A stretch of 51,385 bases of DNA, filler included, from Bipalium vagum (lineage: Eukaryota), in the NCBI GenBank assembly GCA_037834085.1. It is 3 parts of 3 records of this genome, joined end to end, with 100 filler letters (N's around TTAATTAATTAA, not from the genome) between each part and the next. Parts side by side here need not be neighbours in the genome. Positions count along the whole stretch, not along the records: positions 1 to 16,861 come from JBBMKC010083658.1; positions 16,962 to 35,273 come from JBBMKC010033008.1; 1 more part is not named here. One strand, written 5' to 3'. The stretch's first letter is position 1. Each line of letters opens with the position of its first letter. The position numbers and the translations under genes are program-made. A model generated the notes under the pieces. That model worked only from the letters and a program-made list of their open reading frames with translations. It ran no database searches and was not told the origin of the DNA. Below are positions 14,000 to 25,277 of the stretch, piece by piece.

Positions 14000-14290
14000 C
14001 GATCGATATTTTGTCTTAACAGACTTCTGTGTCGAAAATGATTTTTCACAGAAATAATTATAACTAAAAGGAAGAAGAGAAAGTTTGGCTAGTTCCCATA
14101 ATGGTGGATATTCTGTTTTCAAACTAACCAAAAAGGTGCTTAAGTTTTTTCATGAAAAATTACATTTAACCTCAAATCACTTGAGAGTTCTGAAAACTCT
14201 TCTTTAACTTGAAGAAATGATTCGCTTTTTCTGTCCCAACATCAAATGGTTCATAAACACAATAAAATTTGAAGAAAGTCATTGCTAATT
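14000..14290 (-). mobile_element. hAT (Buster/Charlie-like) C-terminal dimerisation-domain relic
   Basis: Hand translation: VKEEFSELSSDLRLNVIFHEK...FWL...KTEYP...SFS...KTKY. Confidence 0.65.
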
Positions 14291-14689
14291 AATATTTTAC
14301 TTTTAAATTAGGATTAATTCATTTAATTATAATAAAGGTGGAAGTGTTAAAATGTATCTTTGTCATTTTATTCAATTACATCAACATAGCCGCCCATATA
14401 ATCAGAATTATTTGTTAAACCTATGTTAATAGAACAATAACTGAAAATTCTGATAAATTCTGAAAATAACTGATTTCGACTCTTAGAATTGATTGTGTTG
14501 TCTTGAAAGAAAATAAGCCTATCGAAAGATAAAACTCGATAAATTTGAATAATTTGGAAGACTTTGAAAAGTCGAGCTAAAGACTACGAAATTTTTAAAA
14601 TTAAAATTCAATACTTTTTTACACAATGACCATTAACTTGATACACTTATGTAAGCGTTATAAATGCCATATCTAACATTTTGATAAAA

Positions 14690-15030
14690 TTCAAATGACA
14701 TTCTAGTTGTCTCCATTTGAATAATATCTTTCAGGTCTTGAGTATCCTGGGCTTTTCTTCTAAAAACCTATGTATTCAGATGGTCAAGATGCTTCTTCAT
14801 TAACCTGAATTGTTTCGTACATTTTTCCATTTTCAATTATTCCAGACTTCTTAAGATCAAAAACACACCCAGTCTCTTTGAATTTTGTAAATATCTTTTT
14901 CATTGTCTTCGCTGTAGGAATCGTTTTTTTATTCTCAGTTTAATAAATGCCGACTGTCTACTGAGACTGATTCCATCTTAGCCATTAGTAAAACAATTTT
15001 TTTCTTTCTTCAATGTAGAACATTATTAAA
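14690..15030 (-). mobile_element. Tc1-like transposase N-terminal relic
   Basis: MFYIEERKKIVLLMAK, then PTAKTMKKIFTKFKETGCVFDLKKSG. Confidence 0.8.
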
Positions 15031-15153
15031 ATTTGAATCTACTGCAATTAGATTCGATAACATCGACTTATTAAAACAATTAAACACACATTAAATTTCG
15101 GAAATTCTATTTTCTTACGAAAATAAAAATTGAACATACTTAGTTATGGAATA

Positions 15154-15487
15154 CAGTGGTGTGAATAATTTTAAGGCACCTTAAAATTATCATCATAAAT
15201 TAAGTAATTATCATTTTGTATCAGTTACAGAATTCTATGATTTGTTTAAGTAAAGAAATTGATTTATTTATTAATGAACCATAACTTAAATTTCAGTTTG
15301 GCATTATGACACTAAAAACCTACATTAGTATTAGAAACTGGTGAGAAAAAAATCTTTCGTTGATCCCGACAATCAGATCAAAAGTTGTATAAATTTCCAT
15401 CACTCTTTAATTTGATTATTTTGTGTCAAATTAAATAAAACTTATAAGATAATTTCATAAGGTGCCTTAAACTTTTGTACCCCACTG
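15154..15487. mobile_element. Tc1-like MITE
   Basis: TA|CAGTGG...TTTAAGGCACCTTA at the left end and TAAGGTGCCTTAAA...CCACTG|TA at the right end. Confidence 0.88.
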
Positions 15488-15897
15488 TATATCGGATACA
15501 TACTTTAAACTCTCCTGTACCCGTAATAATTGAACTGAAAATATTTATTATTTAATTTTATATTAAAACATTTATATCACAAGAATTAAATGTTTAAATA
15601 TATTTTATTTATATATTCTGATTTATATATATATATTATCTGTATTATTTTGATTGTCTTATTTTTGTTGAAACCGTTCCATTAAACTTGATTGATCGAG
15701 TCTGTTCCATAAAAATGAATATCAAATATTTTAAAGAATTTTTTATATTAAAAAGATAAATAGAAATGTTTTTCTTCAAAATAAATTATTTTTTCTGTCA
15801 ATTTAAATTTCATTTTTATATTTAAGTTGAATTGAATATTATATTATATTACATTATATTATATTACATTATATTATATTTCATATATATTTATATA

Positions 15898-16441
15898 TAG
15901 GGTGCCTCAAAAAAGTATGCACACTTAAAATAATACCTCGGTATGTAGCATTTCATATGGCGGCACTTCAAAGTTCGGTGAACTGAATCTTTTTATATTC
16001 CTTGCTCAAGGTTTGCTAGTCTCAAAGATGCTTCTGTGGTTCGATTAAACAATTCCAGTATTCTTTCTTCCTTTGTGGTGCTTGTCGATATTCTTCGTCT
16101 TCCAGAACAATTCTTGCTGATATTATTAACAGTTCATTCTTTTTCGAATTTATCATTTATTCGACTGATTGTCAGTCTTGTTGGAGGATGTTGTTTTCTT
16201 GGCCAGAGTCTGTACCTCTTTTATGTTTTCAAACTTGAAGTAATTTTTGATAATAAATTTTCGCTGCTCAAAGTTCAACTTACCTTTAATGATTCAAACT
16301 TTAAGAATAAAATTATTGGTTTAAAAAGCTGTAATGTATTACCAGTTATTGGAGTATTTAAACAACTATAAAACAAGTAATAAGTACTTATAATTACTTA
16401 AAGATTTATATTTAAAGTGTGTATACATTTTTGACACCCTG
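15898..16441 (-). mobile_element. internally deleted Tc1-like element with both TIRs
   Basis: AGGGTGCCTCAAAAAAGTATGCACACTT ... AAGTGTGTATACATTTTTGACACCCTG|TA. Inside: LNFEQRKFIIKNYFKFEN and PPTRLTISRINDKFE...SGRRR. Confidence 0.88.
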
Positions 16442-16861
16442 TATATTTATATAAACTTTCAACAAAATAACCATTCTAAAAGCTCTAAACCTAAGTTCCA
16501 TAAATAATCTACACAATATTCAGTTTATATCAGAAAAGGAAGTGTTAAGGATAAAAAAAATAAATGTGAAAATCATAACTCTGTCAAATTAACTTCTTTT
16601 TAAAAAAAAAATAAATATCTTCTAAATAATTTCCTGATGAGTTTTTAAATATATATTTATATTATTTATAAAACGCAAAAATACACTTTCGCCAATTTTT
16701 TAAAAAATCCAATTAAAATATTACTTTTTAAAAATCAAAAAATTTTCACTATTTCAAAATAACATTTATGAAAATCTGACAAGAAAAAAAAATTGTATCA
16801 AAAGTTTATTTTTTATTATTTTTGAGGGGAAAAAGGTTAAAATTTAATTGGATATTTTTAT

Positions 16862-16961
16862 NNNNNNNNNNNNNNNNNNNNNNNNNNNNNNNNNNNNNNN
16901 NNNNNTTAATTAATTAANNNNNNNNNNNNNNNNNNNNNNNNNNNNNNNNNNNNNNNNNNNN
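16862..16961. other. artificial contig spacer
   Basis: 44 N + TTAATTAATTAA (stop codons in all six frames) + 44 N. Confidence 0.97.
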
Positions 16962-16981
16962 GTTTTCCTAACTTTTAGTGT

Positions 16982-18575
16982 TTAGGACACATGTCTTTTA
17001 TACATTTCATGGGAGTTTTTTATTGCCGATCTGATTGAGTTGGTGGCGAAAAATTTTATCTCACTTTTTGATAGTCCAAGTTTTTGGAGAACAGCATTGT
17101 TTCTTGGATCCCAAGAGCCTAATTCTCCGACCGAAATAGTATCCAAAGAGTTTGAAAATTTTGTTTTTTCCTCCACTTCCTTTCTAAGATTCTCATACTT
17201 AGCTTTATTAAGATTATTTGCCGCATCGAAATTTTTCTTTAAATCGTAGGTCGACTTGATGTCAATTAAGAAAATTCGCTTTTTGTTAACACAAGTTATG
17301 AAGAAGTCCGGACGTTGGTTGGCTGCAGAATTATCCCATTTTTATCTATATCAACTTTAAAGGGCTTTTTAGAAAGTATATCAGCCAGCTCCTTGATAAT
17401 ATCGTTATGACGTTTTATTCGACCTTCCTTACCTCAGTGGCAAAGGACGTGGGCTTGTGTTTCAGCAAATCTACAGCCACGTATGCATAAAACGTTTTCT
17501 CCTTTTAGGGCCTTGTATGGTGCATAATTCAGCTTGATGATGTTATTCCGAGCTTTCACAGTAAAAATCCAGTCTTGTGCGGCAAAGTTTCCGTTAATTA
17601 TTACTTTATTTGAAATGGAGTCCATTGAAATTTTTTTGCTAAGTTCACCTTGAGACTTAAGCTTGGTCCAAGTCTTGTAGTATGCTATACCAATTAATTC
17701 ATGCAAATGGCCGCAGATTTTGCTCTTTCCCAGGAAATCAAAGTAGGCTATGTTTGGGCTGGTCATTTCTGACTGAATTTCAACCTCTATTCCTTTTTGA
17801 CCCATGCGGAATGTAAGCTTAATTTTGACTTTTCGTTGTAAGTTTTTGATACTTTTTCGAATCTTTGTCCACCAAGTAGCCACATGGCCGTTGTTTAACT
17901 TCTCACCATTCAACCATTCCAGAGCAATATGGATATCCGTATGATTACCTGAGTTTCGAATTTTAGCGGTACTGATTAACTCTCAGCAGATCAAATAACG
18001 TAACTGCACGTCTGAAGAGGTAAGCATTCGAAAAGCATGTACAACATTTTGTATCATGTAATCGTCTACTGCGGCAATGATTCCCAAACCACCCAGCTTT
18101 GTGTGCGTATATATATGCATTATTTAGAAGATTGCTGGGTATATTAAGCATATTTTTAATAAGATGTCGCACCTTTTCATCATAACCGATATCGTCTTCT
18201 AATGACACTCCCTGTTTTCCATGAGGCGACGACAGCATTTGAATATTGATGTCTCTATTTCTTAGATGAAATGGAAGCCTTGATTACAAGAAGATCTTTA
18301 GTGATTGGATTTTTTTAGCAGGACTTAAGAAGCTTTTGCAAATTTTATCAAAATTCTTGACATTTTCCGCAAGTAAATCATCAATGTTGTGATTGATCTT
18401 TTTACCAAAAGGTATTCCCAGATAATCATATTAACCTGTTTCTGCAATTGATGGCATCTTCTTGACTCCAATGTTCAGTAGGTTCTGTAGTTTTAAATTA
18501 TGATCATAGTAGCCGCATTTGTTTGGTCTAAAATTTAGTCCAGCCCATCCAGCTAGTTCTTCAACTCTAATTTCC
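16982..18575 (-). mobile_element. 5'-truncated, frameshifted non-LTR retrotransposon with restriction-like endonuclease (NeSL/Utopia-like, R2 group)
   Basis: RT end LAGWAGLNFRPNKC and YDYLGIPF; zinc knuckle CIRGCRFAETQAHVL; RHND; RPDFF...LIDIK (PD-D/ExK); KY; VGELGSWDPRN. Confidence 0.9.
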
Positions 18576-18579
18576 AATT

Positions 18580-18932
18580 GTATCTCAGCAGAGATTTTTG
18601 TGGCAATCCACTGCGGATTCCAACACTTTAAATACTATTCTGGTTAGACTAATTAGTCGTAGACCAGCTTGATTAATGGGGAATGTCAACTCTCTTTTTA
18701 GATAATAAGTTGCTAAATCGGTCCATTCTTGGGGACCTTGGTCTAATCTTCGCATTTAAATTAGCTATTGTCAGATTAGATCCTTTTTATAAAAATAATG
18801 AATGTCCTTTTTCTTTTTTATTAAATTTTTATTATTATTTTATAATTATTATTACACTTCTGACCATTTTACGATCTTTATTATTTAATTTGTATCAAGG
18901 TTAACAGAGATGTATCCTTGACAAACCCAAAA
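18580..18932 (-). mobile_element. truncated LTR (U3 to start of R) related to the LTRs at 19141 and 27194
   Basis: Start TTGGGTTTGTCAA resembles 27196 TTGGGTTTGCCAA. AGAATAGTATTTAA...TGGAATCCGCAGTGGATTGCCA matches 19309-19349. Confidence 0.7.
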
Positions 18933-19140
18933 AGTTTATATTTAACTTTTACCATATTATTCATTTTGACATATTGATTGATCGACCATATCTCTCATTT
19001 GAAAATCGATTGCACAATTAATATTTCTTTATAATCATGGATCATATTTTAACATTATCCGACCGATGTTTTATTATATCCACTGAGTACTGAATTTTAT
19101 TTTCTTATCAATAAAGCTTTGTGTTGCTTGAGTCGATTTC

Positions 19141-19901
19141 TGTTATGCTAACTTATAATTAAAGTTAACTTAACGCGCATACTCTGCTAACTTAAAGGTT
19201 TAAGTAGTAAAAATTATGAATATTACTTGACTTAGCTGAGAACTTTAGAGATGTGTAAATATAATTATAAAAATACATGTTACTGTAATTTAGATTGATC
19301 GTCTGATCAGAATAGTATATAAGGAAATGGAATCCGCAGTGGATTGCCATAAAATTCTCCGGAGGATAATTGTCAGAAACAGAGCTACTCGGAACTTTTT
19401 CAGAAGAAGGACACGAGACGTTCGACGACAAAATATTGTTCAAGAAGGTTTTTTCAGTCTTTATGCCCTTCATGCGACAGGAGCGCGCGACGGGTCTTGT
19501 GCGGTTAAAATGTTTCTGACCGGACCGGATTGGGCTCAGCTAACCAGTCTTTGGACCTGTCGTCACAAGTGGTGAGAGTCTCTAAATTTTTATTCATTTT
19601 TTTTCTTTTTAATTAACCTTACGTATAGATATTTATTTAATATTGACATTTAATTATTTAATTATTATCATTTGATTTTCAGTGTGTTAACATTTGATTT
19701 TTCTTTTTGTGTAAAAACACTTGATTACAGACATTTGCTGATTATTTGAACCGTTTCGCTTGTATTGTTATTTTAGTAATAAAGTGTTGTTCATAATTGT
19801 TTGATTCATTCATTTGCGTACACGTATAGGTTAACTGAAGGGGTGAGTATCTTTGCGACCTAAGGTTACGACAGGGTTCATAGTGAGTTAATATCGTAAC
19901 A
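19141..19901 (+). mobile_element. solo LTR
   Basis: TGTTA...TAACA termini, flanks ATTTC/ATTTT (TSD with 1 mismatch), TATATAA at about 19316, AATAAA at about 19778. Confidence 0.75.
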
Positions 19902-22819
19902 ATTTTTAAAAATTAGGTTTAATATAGTTAAAACATAGTGATGGTTACTGCTACGTTATCGAAAGTTTCTGAATTCAAAAAGCTAACATTTTTATTCAAT
20001 GAATATATTTCTATAGGTTGAATAATTTTTGTCTTCTTATTATTTACTTAAACAAATTAATTATCTGAAATTTTTAATACCATTAAATTAATTATTTTAA
20101 AAAACCTTGAAATTTATTAAAATTATTTAAAAATTAATTTTACAATAAGGATTAAATTTTAATATAGTACTTTAAATTTATTTTAAAAATATTTATGATA
20201 TATTATTTAATATTGATTAAATAGCGAATTTATTCGAAGTTTCAAACTGTACTTGAGAAAAATATCGGTTTTACTAAAATTATAAAGTTACATGACATAT
20301 TTTCAGGATGAATTTCAATGCAGAATTCGAGAACAGAATGTTTATCACCAACTGACGTATATTTCTTTAAATATACTCCACTAATTTCTATTGATATGGA
20401 AATATCTTTTCCAAATACAAAAGCCTAATGACAGCTAATCCTCTATATTTTTACATATGAAAATCTCAGGATGATTCTTGTTGTCTATTGTAATAATTCT
20501 GTACCATTGTAATAAATAATTTTTAGTTATGGAGTTTATCAATTTTGGAATTTCTCTAAAATCGAACTAAATATGATTTTTTGAGTATTAAGTTTTTTAA
20601 AATCAAAAAATATTTTAATATTTATAAGATTATATAATGGACGTTTTGAGGATGGAAAACTGGCAACAAAAGGTTATCTATATAAATTAAGTAAAAAACA
20701 GCAATAACTGAAAGATTGTACGAAAAGAAAGTATAGGTGCGAGTTGTAGAAAATTTGGTTCAAAATGTAATTTCTCGAGATCTTGAATTAGTTTAAATAC
20801 AAAATGAATGTCTACCAAGTATTGAAAATGAAGTTTACCAAAGCAAAAAAAATTTTTCGTGATGGACGATAAGAATTCATGATTTTAGTCATGGAACAAA
20901 TGTGAAGAGTTTCGCACCAAAAGTTCTCATATTTCTGATTAAATTCAGTAAGTGTTTCTCCATTTATTGGAATGATCAAGCGTCCAGCCATTAATGTATT
21001 AATATATCGTGAAAAATCAAATTTTGCTAATATGGTTTTTAAGCGAGGTTTAGTGGTTACGAATGCAGATCAGTCAACGAATAGAATCAGACGTCAATTG
21101 AAAAAAGATGTTGCAATTGTCCAAATCATGGTGCTGGAAATTAATAAAAATTAAAGAACAAGACCGTGTTATATTTTAGCTATAGTTGATTTTCTTTTAT
21201 GTAGTTTTGATAATATTAATCAGAAAATAAAATTGTGATAGAAATAATCACTTTTATTTTGTCTTAATACTTAAAACACACACGGTAATAATAATCTCAT
21301 AATACTAAATATACTAGCCGAACAATTATTTCGACCCTTAATCTTTATGATAGCAACCACACAATCTTCACTAATTTCATTGTACAATGAAATAGCGATG
21401 GACTAAATTATAATACATTGCTCCTGCTCATCTTTGCTAGTATTAATGACATAGCATAACGCGCCTTTTAATAATTATATTCCATAAGAATCTTCAAGCG
21501 ATCCGATGCACGCACACACAATGCCAATGCAAATCACCTAAGATATACCTAATCACTTGTTCACCGATTTGGAATGAAGAATAAAAATTAATATTACAGA
21601 TAAATTCAGTGAATAACTCCCACAGCGCTGTTGATGAAAACAAATTTGGAATATAAATGTCTAGGTGACAATATGTTCCATCTCAATTGAATTGCAATTT
21701 TTTCAATAGAAATTTCCGTCAATTCCTTTTATGTTTTCTATTCTTTATTGCATTGTAAGAATTTCATTAAAATATAACTTAGTGTAACTATGGACTTATT
21801 AATAGTATTATTTTATTTATGATCATCTAATTTTTTTTGTTTTTATAACAAATTTTATAAAATTAACTTGAGCTCTTGTCTTGTACTTCCTCATTAAAGT
21901 TTAGTTAGGTATTTTTAGATATGAAAAAAATAAATAAACAGGTGACAAGTATTTTTTATATCAATAAAAAATATCAGAACACAATATTCATGATAATTAA
22001 TATCGTATTACAAACACCTTGATTTACATGCAAAAGGCTAAGCGCTGCATCGGCGTGCAGATAAAATTACAACATTAAAAGAAATCTCCCAATGTCAAAA
22101 ATGATTATCACAAGAGCTATCACTAATATAAGATTAAAATTATTTTACTGGTAAGTTTGTAAGTATCTACAAAATATACATTGAAACGGAACACATTAAA
22201 TATTGTTCACTATTACGATTAAAAGAAAAAAGTTGACTTAATGCATAAATAAAAAAAACTTAATGAGCACATCAAATCTCGTAACAAAATTTCCAAAAAA
22301 ACAAAAAGAACTCTTATTGATCAGAACAGAAATGATTATCAAATAATTGAAAAAGAGGATTGTCATCATTTAATTTTGTGTACACAACATGTACTCCCTT
22401 CGCACAGATAAATTTCTCAAATAAATGAAATTTCCTGGAGAAAAAAATAAAAATTTCAATAGATAAAAGAAAAAAATTAACATGATTGGACAGAAATCGA
22501 TAAAGAAAATAAATAATTAGTCTTTTTACATATATCGTTCTTCAATGAAATTATACAATTTCGACTAAGTACATCAGAAAAAAACACAGATGCATTAAAA
22601 ATGTTTACAATATTTTTTTCTCTGAACATAAATATATTGCAGAAATTCCATATTTAGCACAGAACAGAAAAATAATTTAAGTTCTGAGAAAAGTCCTGTT
22701 TATTATTATATCCTAAAAAATTTATTTTTAGAAAACTTCAAATTTGAGAAAATATTAATTATTGTTACTGATCACTGATTTCAATATCAATATATTTTTT
22801 GTATTTACAATTAACATAA

Positions 22820-23030
22820 TATTGGGTCGGCTAGAGACTAATTACCAACTTTACAAAAAGATTTCACTTCAATCTAACTGTATTTCCAATACGATGACAT
22901 TCGTTTAAAAAATATTAAAAGAAAATCGTCGACGTATTCTAATTTCAATCAGTATGTTCATATAAAATTGTTTTTTATTTGTCACCTTTAGTTCGGAAGA
23001 TCAGAATACGCATTTCAAGCATATTTTAGG
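22820..23030 (+). mobile_element. mariner 5' fragment
   Basis: TA|TTGGGTCGG TIR-like start; EDQNTHFKHIL resembles a mariner N-terminus. Confidence 0.55.
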
Positions 23031-23189
23031 GTATTTATGGAGAATACACTCTGTATACTTTTATAAAATTCAAAATATATAAATGGCTGAAATAGAATTT
23101 TTAAAATATATAATAAATAAAATAAGGTAAATAAAGTTAAATTATCTATTTTTGATCGCACATGTTAATTGTGAAGAAAATTTTATTTT

Positions 23190-23325
23190 ATGATAGATAT
23201 ATATGGAAATGCCCAGTAAAGTAAAATGCCCAGTTTCAATTCGTAAAATTTATTTATTGTAAAATCAAATATGTCGATTGGTACTATTCTTCAACTAATA
23301 TATTTCTGGGTGAATGATATAAGAA
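23190..23325 (+). mobile_element. Merlin/IS1595-like transposase N-terminal fragment
   Basis: DRYIWKCP, CPVSIRK, SNMSIGTILQLIYFW. Confidence 0.6.
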
Positions 23326-25007
23326 CACATGCTTTGGAACCACTGTTAAGTATATTTCTGAACTACACCCTTTGTAATTATAACATTCTGTATATTTTAA
23401 AATTAAATAAAGTTATGTGGGTAGTACCTATTTTAGCACTCATTACTTTGGTTACTGGAAAAAATTATTGAATAACAATAGTTGAATTATATTTATACAA
23501 GTGAAAAATACAAACATATTTATCCATATATATATAATTATTTGTTCATTTTCGATAAATTTTGATCTAACTGAATGATTTTTTATAATAATGAATACAA
23601 AATTTCAAATTTATTTATCATAGGTTTTATTTATTGAACATAGAATCTGGCATTTTAATTACCAATAAAAAATTTACTAAACATTATATTCTAAAATAAT
23701 TATTATTACTACCAACTTCTTCTTCGTTCCTAAAATTTGTCCATATTGAAATTCTGAACCTTGTTACATGTTTAATCAAGATTAAAATTAATATTTTTTA
23801 TTAAAAATTACAAACAAATTCTCAGGTTGAAATGTGCACATTATAAACTCAAATTGATTTCATTTTGCTGTTTGTCATTATTATTCAAAATTTTCTAAGA
23901 TTTTTACAGTATAGAAAGTCTTCTTTCTTTCATTGCTGTTGCTTCTTTATATGCTCAATTTCCAGGAATTTTAAAATTTGTAAGAAAAACATGTTTTGAC
24001 CTAGGCTAGTGCAAAATATTGGTATGAGAAATTCAAAAATGACACATTCAATCTTCAGGACTCTCCACATAACGTCCGATTATCATATTTCGATGTTCAC
24101 AATTTGATCTCACTCGTGAAAAAACACGGCCGTCAAACATACAGAGATTTATCTCAGAGGATGAATAGAAATCCAATGAAAATTAAAAAATGAAATTTAA
24201 TTAAAACTCGGTTCTTGTGTGCAACATTGGCTAAGCGAAATAATCTCTTTTGGATACAATTCAGGGTGATGTTGAGTGTTTTATAGTTTTTTGTCTTACT
24301 TCTTGAGTTTTTTTCTTTTATGGTTACTACTGTGGATCTAACAGTCATAAATTGACGCAGTCATAGTACAGCTTGGTTAATATAAAATATTTTAAAAATT
24401 GAAATTTTCAAATAAGAAATAAGTAATATTTTAGTGTAAAGATTTAAAATCGTTTAAATATTTTCTATTTGGATAAAAATATTAATTTTGTTTTTTAATC
24501 TATGTATTATTTCATAATATTTTCCGAAAAATTGAAATCTGAATTCTTCCTAAACGTAAAAAAATTGAAATATCATGGCTTACTAAAATTTTGCAATGCT
24601 CGCTGTAATAAGATTCATTTAAAGTTTGATTTGAGGGCAAATTCTTTAAATAACCGATGAGAAAAAGATTGAGTAGAAAATCAGGAAAACCCAAGATTTT
24701 AAAGAAATTAGTATATGTAGTCATTATAAATGTAAGAGGACATGGAAGTTAATAATTTCGTGGAGAAGCATATGCCCCACACATTTAACGAGGAGAAAAT
24801 CGATAAAAGAACTGTTATTACATTATCGAAACGACAGAAATATGGAAGCATGTTAATGAAAAGAAATCGGAAATTATCAAGAAAATATTGAGTAATTTTA
24901 TCAAGACCAAGTTGCCCTTTCGTATAGAGATGTGGTAAGAAAAAATAATAAAAATACAAATAATAAATACTTTCAACAAATGTCTATGAACGACCGATGA
25001 ACATTCT

Positions 25008-25277
25008 CTACTCATTTTCTCCTTTCCGAACTGGTAACGGTGGACCGTTCCTCATGGTATTGTTTGAAAAAAAATTCCCATTGCGCCTGGTTTCTTCAGC
25101 TGAGTGTATTCCCATAGTTCTGGGAAGAGTAGACGGTGGGTGACCTGGAAACTCTGACGCGTTAGAATCAGTGTTATTGAAATTCATGATGTTCAAGTGA
25201 TTGGACAAAGATGTGTTGGTCACAACATCTGGAAATCTTTTCAGATTAGTATACTCTCTTCCAGACCTCTTGGCATC
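25008..25277 (-). CDS. PTPN11: SHP2 exon 8 (C-terminal tail)
   Basis: gatag|[13 protein letters not shown]... (compare human GHEYTNI, Y542), then PPLPVR and TAG stop. Preceded by a 58-nt intron. Confidence 0.85.
   Translation of the reverse strand, partial: DAKRSGREYTNLKRFPDVVTNTSLSNHLNIMNFNNTDSNASEFPGHPPSTLPRTMGIHSAEETRRNGNFFSNNTMRNGPPLPVRKGENE

Noticed and set aside
16625-16700. CTGATGAGTTTT...AAAACGCAAA resembles a hammerhead ribozyme core
   Set aside because: GCAAA replaces the required GAAA, and stems I and III do not pair convincingly. An Infernal search would be needed to revive it.
16906-16917. TTAATTAATTAA palindrome between N runs
   Set aside because: Artificial six-frame-stop linker.
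19192-19575. ORFs 19192..19473 and 19327..19575
   Set aside because: They lie within the solo LTR, where higher GC explains open frames.
19613-19834. TTAA-CCTTACGTA ... TACACGTATAGG-TTAA looks like a piggyBac MITE
   Set aside because: The inverted match is short and imperfect, and the interval contains the acceptor motif shared with the other LTR, so it is more likely native LTR sequence.
20630-21170. Possible decayed transposase region including ORF 20972..21154
   Set aside because: No diagnostic motif could be read with confidence.
24154-24348. ORF considered as the missing first Smad4 exon
   Set aside because: No MH1 N-terminal motifs (SLVKKLK, CVTI, LDGRLQ), and it is on a different contig.
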